From NCBI GenBank assembly GCA_035576105.1, contig DATLXA010000067.1, positions 205,082 through 269,081 on the forward strand: a DNA stretch of 64,000 nucleotides, written 5' to 3'. The translations under genes and the position numbers were made by a program. The stretch is from Bacteriovoracaceae bacterium (GTDB lineage: Bacteria > Bdellovibrionota > Bacteriovoracia > Bacteriovoracales > Bacteriovoracaceae). Positions within the stretch are counted from its first letter, which is position 1. Each line of letters opens with the position of its first letter. The notes beneath the pieces were generated by a model that was not told where the DNA came from, made no database searches, and saw only the letters and a program-made list of their open reading frames with translations. Positions 37,165 through 45,918 of this stretch are shown here, one piece after another.

Positions 37165-38094
37165 CTATTTGATCGAGTAAGAAATCCACGCTCCCACGTA
37201 CACCGAGTTCGTCGAGAACGGAACGTCGTTAACGAAAGCTTCGACGTACGGGTAGATGTTTAGCTTCTTAGTCACATCTTTACTGATCCCGGTCATCACC
37301 CCTTGCCAGACGTCCTTGAACACAGGATTTTTCCCGTTGATGGACTTGAATCTTTTATTATTCTCAAGGATGTGGTTGTAGTAGGTGACCCATTTCGTGG
37401 TGTCATCCAAAGTAATCTGGAGCATCGGGGAAGTAGATATTCTCAAACGAGAGATATTATATCTGTCTTCATAGATCCAACTCCGGACCTGGCCAAACAT
37501 ACCCACCTGGACCGTTTTATTGAAATCATACGTAGGTAAGAAGGCTAGCTCTAACTGGTGCGTGAGCTGGCCAAAACCAGCGTTGTTACTGTTGCGGCTT
37601 GCACGGCTGGTCGGAAGTCTGAGTCCAGGACGGATCCAGAGATTGAATTTTTTATCTTCTGAGGAAGCAACCACTCCCTGGAAGCCTACCAAGAAATCTT
37701 CCAGTGCGATCAAAGACCTGTCCTCAGGTTCCTGCATATCGACCGGGTGGGCAAGCGGAGTCATCCATCGTGGGTTGAACACGAAGTTCATCTTCGCACC
37801 GAAGTTATAGTTGAAGCTGACCTGGTTCCACATGTTGGTCGGCCAGGTGTCGCGGTTTGTTCCGCCGGAGAATTCCGGAGAGAGTGCTCCGTTTTCCCAC
37901 TCTCCGTCACTCATGTCTTTAAGTGTGGGAGTGGTGAGAACTCCGAAATAGCTGATCTTCAGGCGATCATAGAACTTTTGAAAATCGTTGCGAGTTTCGA
38001 GAACTTCGGTATTAGAAACTTTTTTCGTTTCGGCTGACCATGCAATGGTTGATAAAAAAGATAAAGCGATCAAAAGTGTAATAGCTCTTTTCAT
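37165..38094 (-). CDS. Hypothetical outer-membrane beta-barrel protein
   Basis: Signal peptide, alternating aromatic/hydrophobic strands, C-terminal YVGAWISYSIK. Confidence 0.65.
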   Translation of the reverse strand: MKRAITLLIALSFLSTIAWSAETKKVSNTEVLETRNDFQKFYDRLKISYFGVLTTPTLKDMSDGEWENGALSPEFSGGTNRDTWPTNMWNQVSFNYNFGAKMNFVFNPRWMTPLAHPVDMQEPEDRSLIALEDFLVGFQGVVASSEDKKFNLWIRPGLRLPTSRASRNSNNAGFGQLTHQLELAFLPTYDFNKTVQVGMFGQVRSWIYEDRYNISRLRISTSPMLQITLDDTTKWVTYYNHILENNKRFKSINGKNPVFKDVWQGVMTGISKDVTKKLNIYPYVEAFVNDVPFSTNSVYVGAWISYSIK

Positions 38095-38250
38095 AATGGT
38101 ATTGCCTTCCTTACAATTAATAAAAAAATTTCAATCCTTTGATTCTAAGCAAAGTTGTCTAGAATACAAAGTACTATTCACTAGTTCTCATGTACTTTAT
38201 TAAAAGACAACATCTTTTTCGTGGTGCAATAATGACACCGAAGGATTTTT

Positions 38251-38496
38251 ATGAGCTCACAGAAACAACAAATTCTTACTTCTTTCTTTGAAAAACTGGA
38301 AAAGATGGAGTCAGAAGACATGATGGCCATGGTCGAAAAACATCTCAAAGATGATGACGTGGAATTGTTTGTGCAACACATTGAAGCGTTCTACGGGATC
38401 AGTGACGATGAAGAGCTTGGGATGCTGGCACAGTTAATGGTGACCGGTTATCTGGCCGCCAGGTACGAAGACAGTTTGAAGAGTGTTGAACATTGA
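38251..38496 (+). CDS. Small acidic hypothetical protein
   Basis: AGGA SD; helical D/E-rich 81-aa ORF. Confidence 0.65.
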   Translation: MSSQKQQILTSFFEKLEKMESEDMMAMVEKHLKDDDVELFVQHIEAFYGISDDEELGMLAQLMVTGYLAARYEDSLKSVEH

Positions 38497-38502
38497 GCCC
38501 GA

Positions 38503-39321
38503 CTAAGAATTAAGATTGTACTGAATCTGGATCCAGAATCTTCTCATCGCCGCCAGCTCCTCCAAGTAGAACCACGTCGACTGAACCTGCGCCAGGTCTT
38601 TCGCGTTCTGGGCCAGGACCCTGAAGAGTTTCTTCAAGGTGTCGTTGATCACACCGTACTCAAAAAGGTCATTGAGCTCTTCCGCCAGAAACTGCTCGCA
38701 GTCACTGAAGCGGACTCGGTTGACTTCGTTCTGGATGTTCATGGCCAGGCCCGCGGCACTCGTCAGGGACTCCAAGAGCTGGAAGTTCCGGATCGCTAGT
38801 TCCTTATCTCCCAGTGGCCCGAGCTTCACTGCTTCGTCGGTGAGTCCGATGGACATGGTGAACGAGATGTTAAACCCATTCTCATTTTTTTTAAGCCACC
38901 AACTAAACCCGGGGTCCGAGAGGTTACACATCCGCTCTTCGTGGATGGGGAAGCGGCGGTTGTTGAGCTGGTCGTGGATGATCTCGGCGTGCAGAGGATT
39001 CTCCAACGGGAAGAACCGGAGGTTCTTGGGAGCGAAGGGTTCCTCGTTATCAAAGAGCCGCAGCTCCGGGTACGACTTCGGGTCCTTCAGGATGCGACTG
39101 TAATCCTCTCGGATGTTCTGAGAAACCTTGGTGCGGATCACGAAGATCGAGGGAGTCCGTTGGATATGGTAGATCAGGCCCGCGGAGGCCGGGAGCTCGG
39201 CGTTCTCATCTTTGCGCTGCTTCTCGTGAAAAACCAGCGGAAGCTCCGAGTCTTCGGTGTGAGTGTAGTTTTCGTCGAGGTGCTTGAACGTTTCTTGTAC
39301 TAAGAATTCGATCTCATCCAT
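38503..39321 (-). CDS. Hypothetical protein, possible degenerate GIY-YIG/UvrC-N-like
   Basis: LPASAGLIY...SQNIRE...HAEIIH...LGPLG echoes the UvrC N-terminal layout. Confidence 0.6.
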   Translation of the reverse strand: MDEIEFLVQETFKHLDENYTHTEDSELPLVFHEKQRKDENAELPASAGLIYHIQRTPSIFVIRTKVSQNIREDYSRILKDPKSYPELRLFDNEEPFAPKNLRFFPLENPLHAEIIHDQLNNRRFPIHEERMCNLSDPGFSWWLKKNENGFNISFTMSIGLTDEAVKLGPLGDKELAIRNFQLLESLTSAAGLAMNIQNEVNRVRFSDCEQFLAEELNDLFEYGVINDTLKKLFRVLAQNAKDLAQVQSTWFYLEELAAMRRFWIQIQYNLNS

Positions 39322-39621
39322 GAGGATATCCTTATAGTAGGTGCATCAGAATCTGGAGCAAAATAATCACTATCATCGTTGTCGGATCAAGTGGCAGATT
39401 CTTCGGTAGTAATTCTCTGATCGGCCTCTGAGGCAGGTCCGCAACCGCGTGAAGGGACTCCGCCCATTTCTGAGTCCGCAGTTGTGGAAAGTAGCTAAGG
39501 AGCACGTCTATTATTAGGATATATGAAGATCTGAAGAATAGCGTGGATCATTAGTACCAATTCTAGGCCATAATTGAAAAATTGGAAGAAAAAAGATGGT
39601 TCGGGACCACGACTGATCCGT

Positions 39622-39972
39622 TTACTCTATTTTATAATTCGCCATGTACGCAGCGACCACGAAGAGAACCAGTGAAAGAAAGTACGCCGGTCTCCCATAC
39701 TTCGGATAGCGCCGGGCGATCAGCGCACCTCCGACCCCGACGAAAAACCAGATCGCCATTTTGACCTTAATCCATGTCGGCCAGGGCTCGGTGTGCTTCA
39801 TCTCCAACCGTGCCATCAGACCCATCCCGGCCACGAAAGTCAGTAACGTCCCCACTCCGGTGAGGATCTTAATGACCCGGTCATGCTGGCCGTAGAAACT
39901 GATGGCCAGACCCGTGAAGAGGATGAGGATCGAGGTGAGGTGGATGATTTTATAATTTTCATAAGAGATCAT
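39622..39972 (-). CDS. Small four-TM membrane protein (SirB2-like)
   Basis: YKIIHLTS, TLLTFVAGMGLM, WIKVKMAIW pattern. Confidence 0.7.
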   Translation of the reverse strand: MISYENYKIIHLTSILILFTGLAISFYGQHDRVIKILTGVGTLLTFVAGMGLMARLEMKHTEPWPTWIKVKMAIWFFVGVGGALIARRYPKYGRPAYFLSLVLFVVAAYMANYKIE

Positions 39973-39985
39973 GGGTGCTCCGCTT

Positions 39986-41443
39986 TTATAGGTTTTTAAG
40001 TACTTCTTTTAATAGTTTCCAGAATGTCTCAACCGTCGGGATGTGGACGCGCTCTTCCGGTGAGTGCGCTCCCATGATGGTCGGGCCAAAAGACACGGCG
40101 TCGATGGGTCCGATCTTGTCTCTGAGGATCCCACACTCGAGGCCCGCGTGGATCGCCGTGACCTTAGCCTTCTTCCCGAAGAGAGCCTCAAAGTTCTGGG
40201 CCACCAGGGCAAGAAGTTTATTCTCCCGCACCGGCTTCCAGCTCGGGTACTCGCCGTTCTTACTGCACTCTATCCCGAAGCCCGCCGCCAGGGCAATCAC
40301 TTGATTCTCAAGAGAGACGCACTCGTCCCGGTCGAAGAAGCGTAGGGAACTTTGCAGGTAGAACTCCCCCCGCACTAACAGGGAGATGGCGAGGTTATTA
40401 CTCAGGGCAACCAGTTCTTTATTACTGGCGAGGTCGTAGGCGTGAGCGCCGTGTGGAAAGGCCAGCATGAAGTTAAGCATCTTGTCGAGCTCCGGAGCCG
40501 AAACCACCGGTCCAGCCTGCGGCTCCTGGAGCTCGATCTTGGTAGTAAATTTCTTATCGGTCTGGGGCATGAAAGAGAGCCAGCGCTTCTTCACCTTCTC
40601 GGCTGCGTCCCGGGCCAGGTCCGGGTCCGTGATGTTGATGACCGCGAATGCGTCTCTTGGGATGATATTATGGGCCTTGCCACCTCTCCACTCCAGCAGC
40701 TCGAAGCTCTCCCCCGGCAGCGCATGGATCCAGTCCATCAGAAATTTTACGGCGTTCCCTCGCTGCTCGTGGATATCAACGCCGGAGTGGCCTCCGAGGA
40801 AGCCTCCCACCACGATGCTGATGGTATGACCTTTGATCTTGCAAGCTTCGGTCACGAGAGTCTTTTTGAATTCGTAGTCGATGCCTCCGGCGCACCCGAT
40901 GTACAAGCTCCCCCACTCCTCCGTGTCTAGGTTGATCATCTTTTTGCCTGAGAGCTTCTTAGCATCTACGCCCCAGGCCCCCTTAAGGCCCGTCTCTTCG
41001 TCGATGGTGAAGAGTAGTTCGAGCGGCGGATGGGCGATGGTATTATCATCCATCAACGCCAGCGCCGCGGAACATCCGATGCCGTTGTCCGCACCCAGTG
41101 TGGTCCGGTCTGCTTTTAACCACTCTCCGTCCCGGTAAGTGACGATCGGATCCCGGTTGAAATCGATCTTACGGTCCGGGGTGGCGTCGGTCACCATGTC
41201 CATGTGGTTCTGGATGATCACCGTCTCATGAGTTTCGTACCCCGGGCTCGCAGGGACGTAGACGATGACGTTGCCTACATCATCGACGTAGGTTTGCAGT
41301 TGGAGTCTCTTAGCTTCACTGACTATGAACTCCCGGAATTTTTCTTCATGCCTCGAGGGCCTAGGAATTTGATTGATGGCATGGAAATACCCCCAAACAT
41401 TCTTCGGTTCTTGGGGAAAGTGTGTAGGAAGTGACATAGTCAA
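39986..41443 (-). CDS. pepD: Aminoacyl-histidine dipeptidase (M20C)
   Basis: IPRPSRHEE, QNHMDMV, TTLGADNGIG, FTIDEETG, GGHSGVDI, IHAGLECG, GAHSPEER. Confidence 0.95.
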   Translation of the reverse strand: MTMSLPTHFPQEPKNVWGYFHAINQIPRPSRHEEKFREFIVSEAKRLQLQTYVDDVGNVIVYVPASPGYETHETVIIQNHMDMVTDATPDRKIDFNRDPIVTYRDGEWLKADRTTLGADNGIGCSAALALMDDNTIAHPPLELLFTIDEETGLKGAWGVDAKKLSGKKMINLDTEEWGSLYIGCAGGIDYEFKKTLVTEACKIKGHTISIVVGGFLGGHSGVDIHEQRGNAVKFLMDWIHALPGESFELLEWRGGKAHNIIPRDAFAVINITDPDLARDAAEKVKKRWLSFMPQTDKKFTTKIELQEPQAGPVVSAPELDKMLNFMLAFPHGAHAYDLASNKELVALSNNLAISLLVRGEFYLQSSLRFFDRDECVSLENQVIALAAGFGIECSKNGEYPSWKPVRENKLLALVAQNFEALFGKKAKVTAIHAGLECGILRDKIGPIDAVSFGPTIMGAHSPEERVHIPTVETFWKLLKEVLKNL

Positions 41444-41568
41444 CCTTTGCTTAAGACTTTGAAATCAAGGCATTTCTACCCTTGATCTGGGGAGTTGTCA
41501 GCAGACTCCATTGACAAGATGCTTCATATTTTTTAAGAAGTTTCAAATCTAATCATAAGAGGTAAAAA

Positions 41569-41889
41569 ATGAAGCTTCAGTTCCTACTCGTTCTTAGTTT
41601 TTTTAGCGCTTTCACAGGTCTAGCTCATGCCCAATACTTCACTGCCCAGGCGCAGGTGAGCGTTCTACCGGGTCAAGTTTCTGTACAGGTTTATAATCCA
41701 TACTACGAACCAATCGTTTGCAGCGGACAGGTTTTTGGCCAGGTAGCCTACGGTCCGGTTTTTAATGCTTATTTTGTAGAACAGTATATGACGGCTGGAA
41801 CTCATCGGTATGCTTACGTTTACACAACTCCGTATGCACCATTCGTTTCTGGTTGGGCCAACATCAACTGTAGATTTGCCAGATACTAG
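41569..41889 (+). CDS. Small secreted beta-rich hypothetical protein
   Basis: AGAGG SD, signal peptide AHA, two Cys, Tyr-rich; upstream TTGACA-N17-TAAGAA. Confidence 0.75.
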   Translation: MKLQFLLVLSFFSAFTGLAHAQYFTAQAQVSVLPGQVSVQVYNPYYEPIVCSGQVFGQVAYGPVFNAYFVEQYMTAGTHRYAYVYTTPYAPFVSGWANINCRFARY

Positions 41890-41917
41890 TAAGCTGTTTC
41901 AAGCAAGGGGCTTGACC

Positions 41918-42238
41918 TTAGTTAAGCCCCTTATCCAGAACCACATCTTGCGGACTTCCCTTATAGAAATACACAAAGTTGTACCCAAGCTCTGCTAGAT
42001 CGTCTGCGGCTGTCCTCGGTGAATCATCTCCAGACTTCAGGCTATAGAGGATGATGTTCTGATTCTTATTCGGATACTGCTCCGAAAAGGACTTCTTAAA
42101 ATCGCTTCCGTACTTAAGGAAAATCGCGTTTTCAAATTTGACCGGAGTGCTCTCTGCTGGGACTAGGTCAACTATGATGAAGTTCAACCGGTCTTCTAAC
42201 CGTTGCTTAAAAGCTTCCCGCGGGATCTCGTACTTCAT
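41918..42238 (-). CDS. Rhodanese-like domain protein lacking Cys
   Basis: IIVDL, IILYS, AADDLAELGY..VYFYKGS pattern. Confidence 0.7.
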   Translation of the reverse strand: MKYEIPREAFKQRLEDRLNFIIVDLVPAESTPVKFENAIFLKYGSDFKKSFSEQYPNKNQNIILYSLKSGDDSPRTAADDLAELGYNFVYFYKGSPQDVVLDKGLN

Positions 42239-42346
42239 TTAGCGCTCCAGGCTTCGATAGACTATAATTGACAGTTTTAGACCCTTCAAACATACTTCGA
42301 ACAAAGCAAAATGTTGAGATAAAAATCTTCAACCCAGGTCGCGTCA

Positions 42347-42874
42347 ATGGATTTAAACGTCAATTTTCTTCCGGTAGCATCTCACCTCAATTGGGATGAG
42401 TATTTCATGCTTCAGGCCATGATGGCATCGTTCAAAAGTAAGGACCCTAATACAAAAGTAGGCTGCGTTTTCGTCGACGATAACAATCACCAGCTCTCCA
42501 TGGGATACAATGGCCAGATCGCCGGGATCGATGAAGCTAAGCTTCCCTGGGGGAATGTAAAATCTGTCCCCATCGACCTTCAGAAATACGCCTACGTTGT
42601 CCATTCCGAAGCGAACGCCATCCTCCATGCCAAAGCGAGCCTTAACCACTCCCGCTGCTACGTCACCCTCTTCCCGTGCCACGAGTGCGCGAAGATGATC
42701 GCAACAGTGAAAGTGAAGGAAGTGATCTTCCTCTCAGACAAGTACGCGGAGTCGGTCGAGAGTCAGGTGGCCAAGAAGATCTTCGAGCTCTCAGACATTA
42801 CCTACCGGCAGCTAAACATCCAACCGGCCCTGATCTCGAGCCTCGGTTCCTACTTCGGAACTCTGGTGAATTAG
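42347..42874 (+). CDS. dCMP deaminase (cytidine/deoxycytidylate deaminase family)
   Basis: WDEYFM, SKDPNTKVGC, MGYNG, HSEANAI, FPCHECAK. Confidence 0.92.
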   Translation: MDLNVNFLPVASHLNWDEYFMLQAMMASFKSKDPNTKVGCVFVDDNNHQLSMGYNGQIAGIDEAKLPWGNVKSVPIDLQKYAYVVHSEANAILHAKASLNHSRCYVTLFPCHECAKMIATVKVKEVIFLSDKYAESVESQVAKKIFELSDITYRQLNIQPALISSLGSYFGTLVN

Positions 42875-43503
42875 TAGAATTCAAACACGTCCTCTGACAA
42901 TTTCTTAGGTCCTTTCATTTTTAGAAGCCCCGCCAGTTGGTAGAGCGACTCTCCGCTGAAAAACTGAACATGGGTCATGTCTCTCTTATAATACCATTGC
43001 GCGAAGGCTTCGGGGTGAGAGGGATAGAGCTTGGTCTTGATGAAGAACTTCCCCCGGAACCGCAGATTCTTCTTCAACCGGCGCATGACTCCGGTCGGGT
43101 CACTGAGATGCTCGATGACCTCTGAGAGTATGATGAAATTATAATTTTTTTTCCAGACAGTCTCGGTGGGATGAAAGTAAAGATCATAGGAGTCCATTTC
43201 AATCCCGTGGGCTTCGAATAATTTTTCAAGCAGAGTCGTCTTCCCGCACCCGAAGTCCAGGCCCCGGGAGCCCTTCGAGAGTTCGGGCCTTACCGAGTCG
43301 ACGATCTTCCCGAGGTAGGAGATGTAGTCCGGCTCGTCGTCATCATTCTGATGGGCCTCGTATCTCTGGGCCTCATCGGCGAAGGCAAGGATCGACTCCC
43401 GGGGGATGAAGACTAAAGTACAGTTGGAGCAGAGGAAATACTGACGAAATTTGTCTTCGTGGTACTTAGAAACTGCTCCACTTTGACAGATGGGGCAGTT
43501 CAT
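42871..43503 (-). CDS. Class I SAM-dependent methyltransferase with N-terminal zinc ribbon
   Basis: CPIC...CSNC, GLDFGCG, SEVIEHL, WYYKRDMTHV. Confidence 0.88.
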   Translation of the reverse strand: MNCPICQSGAVSKYHEDKFRQYFLCSNCTLVFIPRESILAFADEAQRYEAHQNDDDEPDYISYLGKIVDSVRPELSKGSRGLDFGCGKTTLLEKLFEAHGIEMDSYDLYFHPTETVWKKNYNFIILSEVIEHLSDPTGVMRRLKKNLRFRGKFFIKTKLYPSHPEAFAQWYYKRDMTHVQFFSGESLYQLAGLLKMKGPKKLSEDVFEFY

Positions 43504-44093
43504 TCGCTTTTCTTTGTTTCCGTGGCTTTGATCCACGCCGTGACCGAGAGCTTGAGGGCCTGATCCACCGGGATGTCGACTTTTTTCACCTTGGTTCTTT
43601 CGATCAGCACGGTGATTCCGCCCAGCATGTAGCTCAGAGGGATGTACACGGAGATAAGGTTCGACTCCGGCAGCTCGTCCAGGTCTTCACGTGTGACCAG
43701 CCCCAGGGTGTGAAAACCGAGAGCCTCGAACGGGACCAACACAACCCGCTGCGGATTCTTCACGTCGTTCTTGCTCGGCAAAAGGGCCATGAGGTCCTTC
43801 AGAGGATTATAAATCACCTTGATCAAAGGAACCTTCTCCAGAATTCCTGACAACCAGAGGATGATTCTTCCGGTGATGAAGTTGCTCACCAGCAGCCCGA
43901 CCAGGAAGATGAAGAGGATGGTCAACAGGATCCCGAACCCCGGGATGTAGAGGTCTTTGCCGATGAGGAGCTTGAGGCTCGAGGCGAACAGGGACTCGAT
44001 GCTGACACTCGCCCACATCAGCAGGTAGAAGGTGAGAGTGATGGGCAGGACGACGATCAGACCCTTGAAGAATATTTGGTTCAGGTGTTTCAT
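43500..44093 (-). CDS. DUF502 family membrane protein
   Basis: FFKGLIVVLPITLT, IPGFG, VPLIKVIYN, SVYIP, ALKLSVTA. Confidence 0.88.
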   Translation of the reverse strand: MKHLNQIFFKGLIVVLPITLTFYLLMWASVSIESLFASSLKLLIGKDLYIPGFGILLTILFIFLVGLLVSNFITGRIILWLSGILEKVPLIKVIYNPLKDLMALLPSKNDVKNPQRVVLVPFEALGFHTLGLVTREDLDELPESNLISVYIPLSYMLGGITVLIERTKVKKVDIPVDQALKLSVTAWIKATETKKSE

Positions 44094-44175
44094 GAATTAG
44101 TACATTTTCCTGTTTAGTTTTTCCGGAATTGAGAGATAATTTCCTACCACTAGTAAGCTATCACAGGCCCCACAG

Positions 44176-45519
44176 ATGAGCAAAACGCCGAATGTACCGC
44201 TGAAGCAACATGTCCGGGCGTCCTTCCGGGACGCCGCTTACACCAATCTCAACATCGGGATGGTGGAAAGTTATTTCTGCGCTTTCATGTTGGCCCTCGG
44301 GATCTCCCAGGTCACTTCGGGTCTGGGCACCGTGATCCCGCAGTTCCTCGGGGTGATCTTCCAGCTGTTCTCCATCCGCGCCTTCTTCACCCGTTACACC
44401 CTCAAGAATCGGATCATACTTTTTCTCACTGTGCAGACCCTGACCATGGTTCCGCTGGTCTTGATCGGGTGGTTTAAAATTAACTCTGCTTTCCTTGTCA
44501 TCAGCTGCTTGGGACTGTATTGGGCGAGCCTTTTGTCACTGAATCCGCCGTGGAATAAGCTCATTGGCCATACAGTCCCCGTAAACTTCCGGCTCCGCTT
44601 CTTCTCTATCCGCAGTCAATTCGGTCAGCTCGCGGTGTTCATCGGTCTCATCACCAGCGGTTTCCTGCTCTACTGGGCCAAGGGTCTAAATCAGGAACTC
44701 GTCGTGTACGTCGGGATCTTGATCTTCGGCCTGGTCCTAAAATGCCTCTCGCTCTACGAAGTAAAAACAAACCATATTGATTACCCATTGTCCCCGGGGT
44801 CCGAGAACCGCATCCGGCTGCGGGACTTCGTTAAACGACTCCGGGGCACCGAGCAGGGCAAGCTTGTGACCTTCATGTTCCTCTTTTATACTTCGGTCCA
44901 TTTTTGTGCTCCGTATTTTAATCCGTTCATGCTTGGCGTGCTAAAGTTTAACTACCTCGAGTACATGGTGATCGTTTCGATTTCTTACTTTGGCCGGGTT
45001 TTCGTCTTCAAGGTCCTGCAGAGAACCGCCCGGGCCCGGCACGTGGACAAGATCCTGATCCTCTCGTCCATTGGAATAGCCACTTCCCCACTTTTATGGG
45101 CGTTCTCTCAGAAGTTTTCATGGTTGATGGGGGTCGAGTTCTTATCCGGATGTTATTGGGCAGGTTTTGAACTTGCCACTATCCTTCTTTATTACCAGAA
45201 GATCGACGATTCGGAGAGAACGAGCGTCATTACCTACATCACTTTTTTCAACACCACCGGGATGGTGATCGGATCCTTTCTAGGTGCCCTGTTCATGCGC
45301 TGGGTTCCTGTTTCCTGGAACGGGTACGTAGCACTTTTTGCCACTTCGACGTTTTGCAGAACGGTCGTCATCATCTTCGCGCCTCACATCCGCTTCAAAG
45401 GCCAGATCCCGAAGCTCATCAGCATTAACAGAGTCTTCAGCGTGAGACCACCGTTCGCAGTATTTTCCAGGCCATTCATTGGGAAGATGAGGAAGAAGAA
45501 GAAGGAAGAGGACAAATAA
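44176..45519 (+). CDS. MFS-type transporter
   Basis: About 12 TM helices in two halves, basic C-terminal tail. Confidence 0.8.
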   Translation: MSKTPNVPLKQHVRASFRDAAYTNLNIGMVESYFCAFMLALGISQVTSGLGTVIPQFLGVIFQLFSIRAFFTRYTLKNRIILFLTVQTLTMVPLVLIGWFKINSAFLVISCLGLYWASLLSLNPPWNKLIGHTVPVNFRLRFFSIRSQFGQLAVFIGLITSGFLLYWAKGLNQELVVYVGILIFGLVLKCLSLYEVKTNHIDYPLSPGSENRIRLRDFVKRLRGTEQGKLVTFMFLFYTSVHFCAPYFNPFMLGVLKFNYLEYMVIVSISYFGRVFVFKVLQRTARARHVDKILILSSIGIATSPLLWAFSQKFSWLMGVEFLSGCYWAGFELATILLYYQKIDDSERTSVITYITFFNTTGMVIGSFLGALFMRWVPVSWNGYVALFATSTFCRTVVIIFAPHIRFKGQIPKLISINRVFSVRPPFAVFSRPFIGKMRKKKKEEDK

Positions 45520-45546
45520 AAAAGCCCTCTTTCGAGGGCTTCTTTC
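45518..45546. terminator. Bidirectional terminator between the MFS gene and the H1-like gene
   Basis: A run-AAGCCCTC-tttc-GAGGGCTT-TCTTT. Confidence 0.8.
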
Positions 45547-45561
45547 AGAGCTAGAAGATGA

Positions 45562-45702
45562 TTACTTCTTCTTAGTTGCTGCTTTCTTAGTAGCTTTCTT
45601 AGAAGCTGTTTTCTTTGTAGCTTTCTTAGAACCAGCTTTCTTAGTTGCTGCTTTCTTAGTAGCTGTTTTCTTCGTTGCTTTCTTTGCTGCTTTCTTAGCC
45701 AT
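45562..45702 (-). CDS. 46-aa Lys/Ala/Thr-rich histone H1-like basic protein (not in ORF track)
   Basis: MAKKAAKKATKKTATKKAATKKAGSKKATKKTASKKATKKAATKKK; GGAGG SD; terminator directly downstream. Confidence 0.9.
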   Translation of the reverse strand: MAKKAAKKATKKTATKKAATKKAGSKKATKKTASKKATKKAATKKK

Positions 45703-45751
45703 GATTTCCTCCCAGGAAATAGGTTAACATTATTTGACCTTTCTTATTTTT

Positions 45752-45780
45752 AGCTTAATAAGCTTTTTGAATTAACGCAA
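45752..45780 (-). promoter_or_regulatory. Sigma-70 promoter with AT-rich UP-like tract for the H1-like gene
   Basis: TTGCGT-N17-TAAGCT preceded by A/T tracts. Confidence 0.55.
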
Positions 45781-45918
45781 ATAAAAAATACATATTTTAA
45801 TCAATCTCTACATTTTTTTTTTTTTTGGAATGTTTCGAAGGTTTTTTGGGCCTCACGCACTTCAAATGATGTTGGATCAATTGTCATGCATGAGGATCGG
45901 CAGTATGTGAAAAATAAT

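Noticed and set aside
39400-39500. Partial resemblance to TPP (CTGATC...GAAGGGA), glycine (CCGAAG) or SRP (CAGGTCCG) motifs
   Set aside because: Required companion motifs and spacing are absent; kept only as an unassigned structured region.
44165-44175. 11-mer AGGCCCCACAG shared with 52105-52115 near two gene starts
   Set aside because: Only two copies, in opposite orientation relative to their genes; compatible with chance.
45562-45702. Tandem GCTTTCTTAG-like repeats resembling a short repeat array
   Set aside because: Explained as a Lys/Ala coding repeat; no unique spacers or cas genes, so not CRISPR.
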